A stretch of DNA of 59,754 nucleotides, filler included, from Sphacelaria rigidula (taxonomy: Eukaryota), in the NCBI GenBank assembly GCA_964200075.2. It is 9 parts of 9 records of this genome, joined end to end, with 100 filler letters (N's around TTAATTAATTAA, not from the genome) between each part and the next. Parts side by side here need not be neighbours in the genome. Positions count along the whole stretch, not along the records: positions 1 to 6,551 come from CAXNAA020019398.1; positions 6,652 to 13,202 come from CAXNAA020019399.1; 7 more parts are not named here. One strand, 5' to 3'. The position numbers and the translations under genes are program-made. This document shows, in pieces, positions 1 through 12,799 of the stretch; the stretch's first letter is position 1; each line of letters opens with the position of its first letter. Under the pieces are notes generated by a model. That model made no database searches, was not told the origin of the DNA, and saw only the letters and a program-made list of their open reading frames with translations.

Positions 1-196
1 CCCCCCCCCCCTCCCCCTCCCTCTCCTCTCTCCCTCTCCCCTTGGCTTTTGGGCGGGTGGGAGCGGGGGATGGGGAAGAGGATTGTGTTTCTTTTAGAGT
101 CCTGCGTCTCCCATCATTCATCATTCTCGTTTCAAAGATCCTACTCGGTATGTATCTTATACGGGGGTGCTGTGCGGCAATATCGCTTTTTCATTT

Positions 197-1029
197 TAGG
201 GCTGTGAACTGGACCAGTTTGTACTGGCGATAAAACTGGAACTGGGGTTTCACTGGAACTAACTGGTGATGAGGACTCCAGTTTATCCAGTTTATTTGGA
301 GTTTGCCGTTACCGGCTTCGTTTATACCAATTTTAGTATAATGAATTAATAACAAAGATGCGTGCATTATTACGAACGAAATGACAGTAGAATTGAGGCG
401 TGCACCTGACAGTACTTTGCGGGCCACTTACCGGCCCATGTTTGATGTTTGTGTATTGAAATCATGTGCCGGACCTCCCTAGGGAATGATGAACCAAAAA
501 AAGTGGATGTATATATATATGTATATATATATATATCTATATGTTTCTCTGGTTTACGGCGTTTTAGTATAGTAACGACCATCTTTATCGAGAACGCAAG
601 GACCTCTCCCAATAACAAATAATGAAGGTCAATTGTTTTTCATTTAGCATACCTCAACCCCCCGTGCTGCCAACCTTGGCTTGTTTGCATCCTCCTCTCC
701 TCACGGAGAGTCTGCTGCTGCATATCATTGCAGATGAAATATTTTCGAATCGTTCACCGCTTTGAATGAGATTTGAACGCCATCTAAGACATTAGCTCCT
801 CAATGTGGGGGGTTACATTTTCTACAATTTTCTACATTTTTGAGGGGAAAACAAGCAAAATAACGCATATTTCTCGCCTCCGGCGGCGCTCTCGCGAGGC
901 TCCCTCTCCCCAGCCGGGGGGGAGGCGTTTGCGGCTCGGCTTCGCCGATCAACTGGGAAAACATCGATATACTGGTCGTTGATGCGGCCAGTGAACTTAA
1001 CTCGCAAGAGCAGCCGGTTCACAGCCCTA
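197..1029. mobile_element. Non-autonomous hAT-like TIR element
   Basis: TAGGGCTGTGAAC at 197 and its reverse complement GTTCACAGCCCTA ending at 1029. ACTGG/CCAGT subterminal repeats at 208-300. No clean 8-bp TSD. Confidence 0.6.
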
Positions 1030-1054
1030 ATTTTTGTCTTTATCCTATTACCAT

Positions 1055-1358
1055 AACACAACCCGAATGTGGACGTGTGAGAAAGCGAAAAAAGTAGACC
1101 ATATTTTTTCTCCCAACCAGCAGAATGCAGTCCGGACATGAACATGAAATGACGGAGCAAACCACGTTGTTTTCTCTTTGACCTACCGGAACACAGCCCG
1201 GACACAGACATGAAATAATAACAAAACTGACCACTTTTCCCTTTCTTTGACCAACCAGAATGTAGCCGGGACACAGACAACATAAATGAAGTAAAATCAT
1301 CATATATTTTTTTGCTTCACCCTACCAAAACACAGCCCGGACATACAAATGAAATAGT
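1055..1358. repeat. Degenerate tandem repeat, about 65-70 bp unit, 4-5 copies
   Basis: Recurring core 'acc.acc.gaa...agcc.ggacac...a.atgaaat' near 1115, 1180, 1250 and 1320. Confidence 0.75.
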
Positions 1359-1923
1359 CCTCAATTTTATTGTTTCATCTGAAAGAAGACTTTTACATAT
1401 ATTTCAACACGTCATGGTCAGGATTGTCCCCATGGGCCAGGGATATTTCGAATTAAATCGAAAACAGGAATATCCTGCTCCATACAGTACTGTATTCTTG
1501 TGTGGATCCCCACTTCAGGGGTCGCGGACGAGAAAGTCTGGGTCCAAATACGTCATCTCTACCCTAGCAAATCTCGACCTCCATTTACATCCTGCTTGCT
1601 GCAAAATGGAATCATCACACTATTGTTTGGTCGTTTCCGCTTCGCTGCCCGCAGTGGCGTGGTGATGATCTCACGACGTGCTCAGATGTCAGCGTCCTGG
1701 GCTGCGCGAAAGTCGAAAGTGATTACCAACCAAATGAAAACAGTAGTCACGCCTCCCTATATTTACAGAGGGCCACATTTATTTACCGGTCGGTATTTTC
1801 ATGTATGTGCTCTGCAAATCACCACACGCATACACTCAGCAGCTTTGACCTTGTCTGTTCCCCACAAAAAGATCAGCAGCCGATACTCCTTCGACAATCG
1901 CAACCAACTATAACGACAAGACA

Positions 1924-3991
1924 ATGAGGGTCCCTTTGCTCGTGCACGGCATGCTGGTCCTGGTCTCCACCGCGGTCACTACCCTGGGTGCGACTGTGTC
2001 TGTGAATGACTTGGACAAGTATTTGGAGGAGAAAAGCAAGGAGAAAGAACCTCTGGCTTTGATATTCGACATGTCCGGCATCGACGAGGATGCCACCAGG
2101 AAGGCGAGCGATGAGGCAGTGTTCTCGCCCTTTCTACCCCGGCTGGCTGTAGAAATGACCATGACTTCCATGGCCGAGGTGGACGGGAGCGCGACGAGCG
2201 AGGAAGCGGATGACAACCACAGCACCACCGTTGCCGACGACGGCCTGCAGATCGAGGGAGAGACGGAAGGGAAACAGGCGCCAAACGCCCATGGTAAGTA
2301 CAGTAAGCGAGGTTGATCGGCCCAACAGCACAGTCAGTATGCTGCTCCGGTGTATTCATGCTGTTGACGACAGTACAGTACAGCGCAGCGATTGCCTTGT
2401 GCACTTCGAGCGGTGGCAATCTTGATGAAACATGAGTTGTAGACCTGCTGGCTACTATAGCCCAAGCGGCTCAGGCAGCCATGATGCGCTTTTTGTTGTA
2501 TCCCACAGGCACTGGCGTCATCCCCTTGCGAGTCAAAAACACTGTATCGCGCTCACCAGTAATGCAGCTGCGTGGTGTCAAATCACGGTTGGGTGTGTCG
2601 GATCTGAACAACCAGATACAGCAGTGTGATATGTGTGATCCGGACTCGGCTCCGGAGGATGCTCTCTGTTTCGCATGTGCCGATAGGAACACGCGCGTGT
2701 CTTTCATTATCTGGCGGGTCGCGGTACCTGGCATGCAGCAAAATATCTTGGATCTTGGGTCTTGCCTATATTTAGTTGCCGCGGTTACCCCGCCGTTATC
2801 ACCCCGCCGTCCATGGTCAGAACGCACTGCAACATCGCAGGTGATGAGATCTTCTCACCCAGCCTTCCAGAGAGGGAGGGGTGTACTTTTCCTCTGAACA
2901 CATCACTTGTCGACAAATCTCGGAGATAGCGACCTCATGTCGTCGAATCCGGGCTGCGTGTCTACATACAAATGGCTAGGTTTTCGGGAATCATGGCGTA
3001 CACTATTTTGTAACACCCGGGGTGTTATCCCCCGTCTCCGTGGTTGGACCTACTCTTGCCTATATCTCGTGTCTCGCGTTCTCTCTTTGCTCTCGTATTA
3101 GTGTGCATGTAAAAAACCTGATATGAGTGTCAGCTCTGCCTGTCGGTTAATCGGGTGGCGAGTTCTTCCTGGCTCCCAAAATATTGCCGCCGGCCACCAT
3201 AAGCGCGGTGATGCACAACAGTAAAGAACAACAGCACAGCAGAGCGCACAGAGCAGGATAATCAGTGTCGGACGTGCGAGCTACAGCCAGTATTGCGTCT
3301 GAGAAGCAAGATCATTGCTTTGTCTGTGTCTATCCAGGTATGCATGCTAGGGCTCCTGGTACCGTCCGCCACTGTGTTGTGCACAAATGTCGGTTACTCA
3401 CGTCTCCAGAATCACGCGTCTGATGCTCTCGAGAGAGAGACCAAGTACGACGACCCCCCGAAGTGGATGTCTAACCCGCCGCACCGTACCTGCCTCCACT
3501 ACTGTACCTCCTCGCTCGTTTGCCACGCATACGCAGCACCCGAAGGCTCTGGCGACAGCTCTGACAATGACAGCACTGACGGAACTTCCACTACGATCAA
3601 TGCCTCTCTCTCCTCCACCACATTATCACCCCACTCCGAGTCGTCGCCGTGTGTGGGTACGGAGTACGGCGGCAGCAACAACGCCGCCGATCCCACCACC
3701 GACGTCGAATCGGCAAACGACAGCGATGGTACCGACCGGAACAGAGATAGCAACGCGACCCCCCCGTCTATCGGCCACGCTAGATCTCCCTCTCACACGG
3801 GTAGCGACGACTTGAATGGTGACTGGGAGTCGACTGCATCGCTCGAGGATCTCGTGGAAGAAACCGCGGCCAAGGACGAAACGGGCGAGGAAACAGGAAA
3901 TATCGGTGATATCGACTTTGGTGAGGGTATCTTCAAGTCTGGCCTCGCTGATGCTGAAAGCGACGGCGGAGAGCAACCTGTGGACCAGGAG
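1924..3991 (+). CDS. Putative secreted acidic, Ser/Thr/Asp-rich protein, partial. Exons 1924-2293 and 3537-3991
   Basis: Hydrophobic signal-peptide-like N-terminus (MRVPLLVHGMLVLVSTAVTTLG). The phase-1 donor G|GTAAGT at 2294 matches the phase-1 acceptor ACGCAG| at 3536. Donor GAG|GTGGGT at 3992. GC-rich coding composition. Confidence 0.65.
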
Positions 3992-6551
3992 GTGGGTGCC
4001 ATTGAGAAGTACTGTACCCACGGGCTTCAACGACTCACGATGGAATATTTGAAACCGAAGAAGTTTTGTGCATTCACTTGGCTACGTTTTCCAAGTGTTA
4101 CCCAAGCGGGATTACGTCTCGCTCAGCTCGTTTGGTCGTTCGAAGTATATTGCAAGCGTTTTCAATTCGCAAGTTCTGTGTACGGAGAGTACATGCATTA
4201 GGCCCATTATTGTCGAGATTGTTTTTTCGGAGAGATCTGAAAGTGTCGAGACTGGCAAGGTACCTGATGGCTCTCGAATGCTTGCGAGTGCCACGGCGTA
4301 TTCGCAGGGCAGCTGTCCGAAGGGCTGAGTTGCAGTCCGAATTTTCCGGCCTTGTCCAAAAATGAAGCTTTGGAGAAGGAATCAAGCCGCTTCATTCTTG
4401 GAGAAGTCTGGACGCCGAGTCCGAAACCTCTGAAAATTTCTGATGATCTCTGGAGAAAAACAGTGTCGATAACACTGGCCTTAGACTCATTTCGTACGAC
4501 ACAATATAATATGCAGTGATGATTTGAATTAGGGGCTTACAACACTTACATCTGCCGATTTAAAGTATTGTTGACGGGGTCCCCCGGCCCCCCGCAATAT
4601 TCTGGTTTCAAAGTCCGGAAAATTCCGATATCACCGAAAAAGTGGTGCCGATAATGATGAGCCTTGGCGAAAGAACTTCCGAAAAATGTGAGAGAAGGTT
4701 TCAAGGTTTCTTAACCCCTTGCCCGCGAGGGTCTTCCATTGGAGTCGTGAATACCTTTTTCGAGTAAAATTGGTGCCGCATCAACAGATGACCCATGCTC
4801 GCCGCCCAAGGTTCAACCAGATACGGAGATGATGAACTCAAAGCTGACCATAGGTTACTCCGAAAATCTGGCGTCTAATTTGTTTTTTTCAACTACCGTT
4901 ACTTGGGAGAAGTGGGGGGAAATCCAGTTTTTCGGGAGGACAGTAAACATCAAAACTGAAGAAAGAACATGCTCCGGTACAATAACCCCTTCCTCACCTG
5001 TCACCGACGACTATATGGGGGCAACCTGTGGATGATTTATGCCTGTAGTCGCTTTGCTGCAGCATTTCCTACCCCTTCTACCACCCCTGCCCTGCCTACC
5101 CCGTTCTAGGAAATGTTCGAACAAAGCCGACGAGACATGTGTTGCCCTGGTCTGACTATGGCATTTCACCTGACGTCCGAGTTTCGTTTTCGGTAGAACG
5201 GAGTTTGACTTCTATCATATTCCCTTCGATTTGTGCGACGCTATCAGCAGGTCTGTGCCGTGCGGTCTAGGTTGGGTCCCCAAGACCCACCGTTGATTCC
5301 CGGACAGTACTTGAGCTCTGCTTGCAGCACCCGCTCGACTTCATCCGCACCACCCTCTCGCCCGGAGGGGGTTTGCCTGTCACTGTCAGAGTGCGGAAAA
5401 ATGCAGATCACCACCGGCCACGAGCCCAACGCATCGGAGATGATTTTGTGGGAGGTGAAATAGTTCGAGGTTGCACGGGATCGAGGTTGAGATCGGGCGA
5501 TATTGATTTCCCACGCCGTAGATGGTCAACATTCTTGTCTGCTGCATTAGACCCTCGGAACATGCCCTGGTGATTTTCCCTTCTATGTGGCGATACCCAA
5601 CGCTGAATTGCCTCACAGCCACGGATAAGCAGATTGGGGTCGAACACATTACCGTAGATTCGACATGCCCCCGGTCTAGGAGAAAACAAAATGTCCTTTG
5701 TACCCACTCCCACCCCGACCACACTGTAGTCGTTCACGAATAGGGAGAGGATGCGAGATATCGAGTTAAGGGTGTCATCAATGGGAGTGTTTCGTTGCGA
5801 CTTTTCCCGAAACAATGGAGTTCTTCCCCGAGTGTTCCAAACGAAATAGTTACTGAGAAGAATATTCCAACGGGAGGCTTCCGGAGTATTCTGTAGTCAA
5901 TCTTGAGTGTATTTACATCTTACCTAGTTAAGCAATATGCCCCCACATTTTCCGCAGATGGAGTTCTTTGATTACGAAAAGTTCGGGGATCTTGTCTGAA
6001 AATAACGTCCCGTTAATGATATCCCATATCATTTCGCTGCCTGAGTAAATCGAGAGCAACTGTGTCCTCTTCCCCCCCGCAAACGTCCGTCGTCTCGGGC
6101 CCCTTTGCGATCATTATCCTCACTGGTAGCGCCACCGTGCCAGAGAGATCTGACACTCTCAGATATGAAACTTGGACGTGATGTCGACCACGGTATACGA
6201 TTGAACAGAGCACGTACATACAACACAAGTGTTTAGGTCGGCCGACGAGCCGTCGACTGTACTCTTGGGTGTCTGATGATACTGCAGCTCTACCAAACAA
6301 AACATCTTAATCGTGTATGAGTGCTCACCCACCCCGTCGAGGCTGGTCTGAGGCTCCCGAGAGAAATCCATGCTGATCGAAGTGGCGACTGTATTTCATC
6401 CCTGCCTTTCTGTCCGGCGGTTGGGTTGCCCTTCCTGCCAAGTGCTTACCTAGCAGAAGCGTACACATGTCAAGGTTTCGAAACGCGCGAAGCGCGAATT
6501 CCAATTGCGATGTCACCTACTTCGTACTGTAACGTCATCACCCCCCTCCCG

Positions 6552-6651
6552 NNNNNNNNNNNNNNNNNNNNNNNNNNNNNNNNNNNNNNNNNNNNTTAAT
6601 TAATTAANNNNNNNNNNNNNNNNNNNNNNNNNNNNNNNNNNNNNNNNNNNN
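6552..6651. other. Artificial contig-join spacer (N...TTAATTAATTAA...N, 100 nt). Identical spacers at 13203-13302, 19854-19953, 26505-26604, 33155-33254, 39805-39904, 46455-46554 and 53105-53204
   Basis: Eight identical 100-nt spacers carry stop codons in all six frames. The pieces between them are 6551, 6551, 6551, 6551, 6550, 6550, 6550, 6550 and 6550 bp, consistent with length-sorted unplaced contigs. Confidence 0.98.
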
Positions 6652-7303
6652 AGTTTTTGGGGCGGGCCCCCCCCCCCCCCCCCCCCCCTTCCTTCCCCCC
6701 CGGGCGCCCTTTTGTGTGTTGCGGAACCCCACCGCGCAGCATGGTTCTGAGGTGTAGGAAGCTGAACCGTCGGTCGTGGAGACTGTAGCTTCCCCCTGTG
6801 ACAGCACACGCATGCAATACCGGATGTCGCGTTGTTGACGTTGGCACAAATGACTCGAGTCTACCGTAGTTGATTTCCGCCATCCTGGGACAAGGTCGCC
6901 TGACCGATTTCCTTGTCATGGTGTATGTTTTTGTTTTCCGTCAACGGTACTACAAGTCGAGCCTTTTTTCAGGACTCGCCTGATAATTGACACTCGCTAG
7001 TGCAACAAGATTGTCCATCTACTGATGTGGAGCGAGCTTTCCGGAGGAACAAAATTACCTCAACACCGACCACTCCCAGGCTTGAATAAATGTACTAGAA
7101 ATATCGTTCATTTCTTATGACCCAAATCGTCATTTGTAGGTGACGCTTGTATTTTCCGTTGATACGGTATGACTCGTTGGATTACCGGCCGCACTTCTGA
7201 CGCATGTAGCGTTCAGCTTGCACTTTCCATGAATATAGTACCGAAAATCTGCAATTCCTATCCATAACTGTACTGTCTACTTTTTGGCCAAGAACGGAGC
7301 TGT

Positions 7304-7508
7304 TGTAATGCGTGAGAGGACCGCGTGCTTGGAGGACCGCGTCGAACGTTGAACATCCCTATGGTTGGGGTTAGGGTTAGGGTTAGTGTTGGGGTCAGGG
7401 TCGTGGTACCTGCAGGGACTGGCTCGATTGGTTTTGGAAAACGTCGATACTGAGGTGTTTCGAGCTACAGTGCGATCCTCTAAGCACGCGGTCCTCTCAC
7501 CCACTACA
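7304..7508. mobile_element. MITE with TGTA...TACA ends, about 36-bp TIRs, 4-bp TSD (CTGT) and internal telomere-like GGGTTA repeats; Ginger-like end structure
   Basis: CTGT|TGTAATGCGTGAGAGGACCGCGTGCTTGGAGG...CCTCTAAGCACGCGGTCCTCTCACCCACTACA|CTGT. Second copy at 8848-9059. Confidence 0.85.
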
Positions 7509-8847
7509 CTGTGACCTACGGAAAACGCAAATGTGCTCTGGAACGGCCTGAGGTGTCAGCATCCGCTGAGCCCTTTTCTTGTGGCAAAAACGACGGAGAA
7601 GGGTGAAAAAAGCACTTTTCAACAAGTTATAGTTTCTCGATACATAACAAGTATGACAAGTAGCCTAAGTAGCCTAACAACAAAGGAAAACGAAAATTGA
7701 AAATTGGGAGCGCGATTGCGAAGCAGAGCAATCTCATGAGAAATTCCGGAGCGGCCTAAATTTTTTTTTAAAAGGCTCCCACGTAGGCTCCTCGACTTCA
7801 AAACCAATCGAGTCGACCAACACGATCAACGAACGATCCTTTGCCTCTGCCACGCGAACAATCCCAGCCATCTGAAATTGCTCCTGGTTGAAAGCGTGCT
7901 GAAACATATCCTTCACGTCTGCCGTTACATTAAGCTGTGAGTCTGCATAAAAACGCAAATGAGCTACATGGGTGGTCTGAACACGACCCGAAACAATGTT
8001 TTGGATCTCAAACACATGCGGGTGATGAGCACCATCCACTCTCCACGGACCAGTCCACGTCGCCATAAATTTAGGCGTATCTCCCGGGCGACGCACGCGT
8101 GCATACAAAACATAATAGCCTACCTCGAAATTCGGCAATTCCAGCCCCAATGAAGACCCTCCACGTCTACGCGCACGTTCAGCGGCAACAACGCTCCTCC
8201 TGCACTTGAACGTGGAAACTTTCCTGCAACTCCAAAACTCCTTGCAACGTACGCTTCAGTTGCGCATCGTCTAAGACATCACAGTTTCACTTCCCCACCG
8301 ATGAGGACGCCAACATCGAGGAAGACGTCCGAGGTACACGACCAAACATCACGTGATACGGCGTACTATTGTACCGACGGCGATATGCTGTATTTAGCGC
8401 CCATTGCACAGCGGGCAACACGTCCACCCACTTGGTCACCTCTCGACGCTGCTCGAGAAGAATAAAGCGAAGAGCACGAACAACTTCCTTGACCATGCGT
8501 TCGCACGTACCGTTAGACCACGGAGAATACGCTATCGCAAACTGGTGATCAGCGCGCAAAGCCTCTCGCAATCGGGCCAAGATCGCATTCTTAAAATGAG
8601 TGGCGGTATCACTCACCCACACACGGGGCACCCCCAAAGGTTTGCACCAATTCAGCAAAGACGCAGCAGTCGATTCAGCAGTACACCCTGCTACTGGTTC
8701 CAGAGCCACAATTTTGCTCAAATCATCCATGATAACCAAAATGTATCGGAACCCAGCATCCTCTGACAAACCTTGGGCAGCTAGCGGGCCACTCTCGCCC
8801 ATGTACAAGAAGTCAATAATGAACGACTTCATTCGGCGTGGTCCCAT

Positions 8848-9059
8848 ATATATTGCGTGAGAGGACCGCGTGCTTGGAGGACCGCGCCGTAGTTCAAAAC
8901 ACCTCAAAATCGAAGTTTTTCAAAACCAATTGGGTCAGTCCCTGCAGGTACCACGCCCCTGACCATAACCCTAACACTAACCCTAACTCTAACCCTAACC
9001 ACAGGGATGTTCAAATTCCGATGCCGTCCTCTAAGCACGCGGTTCTCTCACCCATTACA
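8848..9059. mobile_element. Second copy of the telomere-repeat MITE, inserted in the Gypsy integrase; TSD CCAT
   Basis: CCAT flanks at 8844-8847 and 9060-9063. Removing the element plus one TSD restores integrase ...ETVHGTTPNEVV. Internal (A)CCCTAA-like repeats. Confidence 0.85.
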
Positions 9060-11934
9060 CCATGGACCGTTTCACCGAGCGGGCGGGGAAAAACGTCGCC
9101 CGCCCTCGAGTCAGCACAGTGAAGACACTGGCGAACAAATTCGCGCACATTAGTTTCTATCTCCTGCCAGACACAAAAGTCTTGCAAGCGCACGAGTGTC
9201 GCAGCCACACCATGATGCCCGGCGTCGCGCATGTGCGCGCAAATCATCAGACGTACCTGCAACTGCTTGTCAGAACTCGGAATCCACAAAACGTTTCGGC
9301 CACGCACACGCACACGAAACATACCTTTATTGTCCAAAATAGCAGTACCAACGTCCGACTCGAAAGAATGCACATCCGCATCTTCGGTCCCAAGGTCTTT
9401 TCGTTGCGCTTGGCGGACAACATATTTGGATGGCATCGAGTCATTAGGTTCACACGGACCATTCACAGCCACAGCGCGCGCAGGCAAAGCCGGAATATTC
9501 ACCCAGCGCGTTACGTTCACTCGAAATATGACAATTCGTGTACCGATACTGACCTAACACACCTTTCCACCCCTCCAACCGTTGTGCCAACGCCTTCGAT
9601 ACAGACGTCACGCATGCCTCGGGGTTGAAAATGTACGCTAGAATTCGGTGATCCGTGAAAATGTGCACGCCATTCCACAATAGATGCTCGAGACGACGAA
9701 AAGTACTCACGATAGCAAAACCTTCCTTGTCAATGGTTGCCCAACGCATCTGTGAACCCTTGAAACTACCACTAAGAACGGCCAGCAGTTCATGCGTCAT
9801 GTCTTCAACCGGCGCCCGTTGTTGCATTTCTGCATCACGCACCTGCGTTACAAAACTACCCCAGTGACACTCGGATGCATCCGGAAACATCAGCACCTGG
9901 CAACCGGGGCGGGGATGGAGCAGCGTCATGGCATGAGCCACCAGGTCCTTCGCTTCCGTCCATGCCTGCAGCCTGTCCTCCGTCCACGAGGCGGGGCGGG
10001 ATAACATGGTTTTTGGCCACCAGCTTCGTGCACCTTGCAGCCCCCACCATGAATTCTTCTAGGAAACCACGCAAAGGCGCCACTACTTCGGGCATACGTG
10101 GCAACGAGGTACGCAATCAGTTCATTGCGTGCAGGAATTGCATTAGTTCTGTTTCTGTTTCTGGACGCCGCATGTCAGACAAACCTTGCAAGCGGAGCGG
10201 GTCATGCGAGACGCGGCCGTGTGAATATACTTTCCCACACCACACTAGTTCACTAGCAAAAAAGGTACACTTGTGGGCAGCTGAAAACAGACCAACACTC
10301 TCTAAGCGAGTCAATATTGCATCAAGCGTATTCAACAGTTCGTCTTCCGTATCCGCGAAGAAAAAGACATCATCCGTCCAGATCTTGCATTTCAAGCCGT
10401 CTAAAAGGTACACCATGACACCTTGAAAATAGGAAGTAGCATTCAACACGCCTTGCGGTACTCGTTACGGGGTAAACATGCCAAACGGAGTCGTGATGGT
10501 GAATATCTCTCGCGCCTCTTCGGCCAACGGCATCTACCAGTACCCCTATAGGAGGTCCAACTTACCAAAGCATCGCGCACTCAACAGGTTCATCATGTCG
10601 GATTCGTGATTGGGCATGACACCCGGCGACTTCTCCACCTGATCATTGACGGCTCCGTAATCGCTGACAAGATGGAAATAGTCCTTCTTCGCCACCGCCA
10701 TCGCTGGACTGGACCACAACGCCTGTAGATTCCTGAATATCAACCCAAACGTCACGGGAGCTTCCACGCAAGAAGCTAACCAACTGGACTTTACCGGATC
10801 ATACCTCCTCGGTTTTGCCTTCACCGCAGCCGCCCCTGGCTTTAGTGTAACCCTCATGGGTTCCACGCGCGCAGGGGGATCACCCATCAGCGTACGACGA
10901 AACGCGTTGACGTGGCGATACAATATGCCACGCAAGCGCTCCGCGTTTAAGACGGTGAGGCCATTTGCCACAGCATCTGTCACGCTTTCCTCCAGCGCAG
11001 CCATTCGCCCGGACTCCTCTTCTGCCGGCTCCATGAACATGTCGGGGCCACGCTCCACTAGGCGTTCTACCGCCTCATCACGCTCCTCGGACACCTGCCC
11101 CCCCGCCTCCTGGAGAGCATCAACCGACAAGCTCACTCTGTGACTGGCCGAAAAAACAGACGTCTCGACACTCGGACCGGGCGACGGCATTTGCGTTTTT
11201 AGGGACTCCAACAGCCGATCATACAGATCGACCCCAAGTTCCCGAAGCGTCGGTGAGCCCAACAGAACGACACCATCCGTCCCCGGCATGATCGCAAACG
11301 ATTTCGGTGGTAATTTCGCTGACCCCCAGGTAGTCCTGAACGCCAACTGTAGGGGAATCGTACGCTCCGTGACATTTACACGTTGCCCCGATGGGGTGAT
11401 GGCCTGCCGCGCCCCGAGCGAGAACGGAATGCGGATTCGCTCACGAGGGAGTAGACTCTCCAGCATCTCCACAATCATCACCGACACGCTCGTGAAATGG
11501 GCGCCTGAATCCAACACAGCGTTGACCGATATGGCTCCCCGCGCCGCTGATTTGAGAGATATAACTCTGCAGGAATATATTTTTCTTGATACTCGATCGG
11601 CACCTGCTCCGCCGACTGATTTGTCGTGATCCTCACTTGACGCCACGGCTGCGCGTGCGGCGCAGGCATAGATGCCCCCGCTGGGGTCACCGGCACCGCC
11701 GGCGAGTACGAAGCCCCGCCCGCAGAACCAAATTGCAGCGGTACTCCGGCCGACGCAGCAGCGGATCCAAATTTCAGCTTAAATCCGGCCGGCTCAGCAG
11801 CAGGCGTCTCGCCTTGCTCTGCTGCCGGCGGCGCCGGCACCGAGCCCGACACTAGAGTGGTCGGTCCCACCTGCACCGCCCATTACGGAGCAGCAGCCCC
11901 TCCGGCCGAGCCGGACCCAGAACCGGACCCCTAC

Positions 11935-11970
11935 TGACGCCGCTGCCCCTGCTGCTGCTGCCCCTGCTGA

Positions 11971-12000
<30 letters not shown>
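11935..12000 (-). repeat. (CAG)n poly-Gln-type tract between gag and protease
   Basis: (CTG)n run on the + strand. Confidence 0.85.
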
Positions 12001-12001
<1 letters not shown>

Positions 12002-12799
12002 AACTTAACTGTACACCTCCGCCGCTGGAGGATCCGCCTCCGCCATCATCCCGATTACCTTTTTCCCCCTCCTTTGTGATCGCGAGGGCGCGCGGCACTC
12101 GTCTGCTCAGACTCCCCCTCGGAAGGCGTTGGGCACTTGCGTGCGTAGTGGTCTACCTGGCCACACTGAACGCAAGTGGTATTGGCGGCGGCACTGCCTG
12201 CGGGTTTTGATCCGCGGTAACGCGAACTCGAAGACTGCGGCGACGAAGTGGATGATTTCCCGAATACTTCAATCTTCCACTTTGCCTGAGCCTCAGCCAC
12301 CACAGTATCCATAACTAAGTACGGGTCTGACTTCCAATTGGTTTCGTGCTGTGACTGCACAAGCATGGCCTGTTTGAATTGCGCCGGTGCCAGACCCTCC
12401 ACCATCGCTTTCGTGATCACCGCAACGGGCCCTGAACGGAATTTCCCATCGCAGGAACGATAAACCATCTCGACGTTGGGATTTTCCGAAAAATATGTCT
12501 CCAACTTTCCCATGATTGGCTCCAACCTCTCACGCATGGTCTTCCGCTTGTGGTTTATGGCGACAGCCTTTGCCACGGCCGCGGACGCCTGGGTTAGCTC
12601 TACCTCAGCTCCCGCCGCATGCCCTGCATGCTTCTTGATCGCTGCAGCCAATTTCAGCGGCGTTATTGTGGTATTCTCATGGAATCTTCACGCAAAAACG
12701 CGTTAGAGGGCGGTAGGCACGAGTTGCGCCATGGAAACCACCTGATGCCTTACCGCACCCCCCGCATTCGCATGCTCCACCCGCTTCTTGTATTTCACA

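Noticed and set aside
1055..1358. Possible CRISPR or repeat-spacer array
   Set aside because: The units are degenerate along their whole length, as in an ordinary minisatellite. The context is eukaryotic with no cas genes.
2471..3101. ORFs within the first intron of the secreted-protein gene
   Set aside because: No recognisable domain or splice support; probably a decayed repeat.
7360..7400. True telomere or chromosome end
   Set aside because: Only a few degenerate TTAGGG units are present, internal to a MITE.
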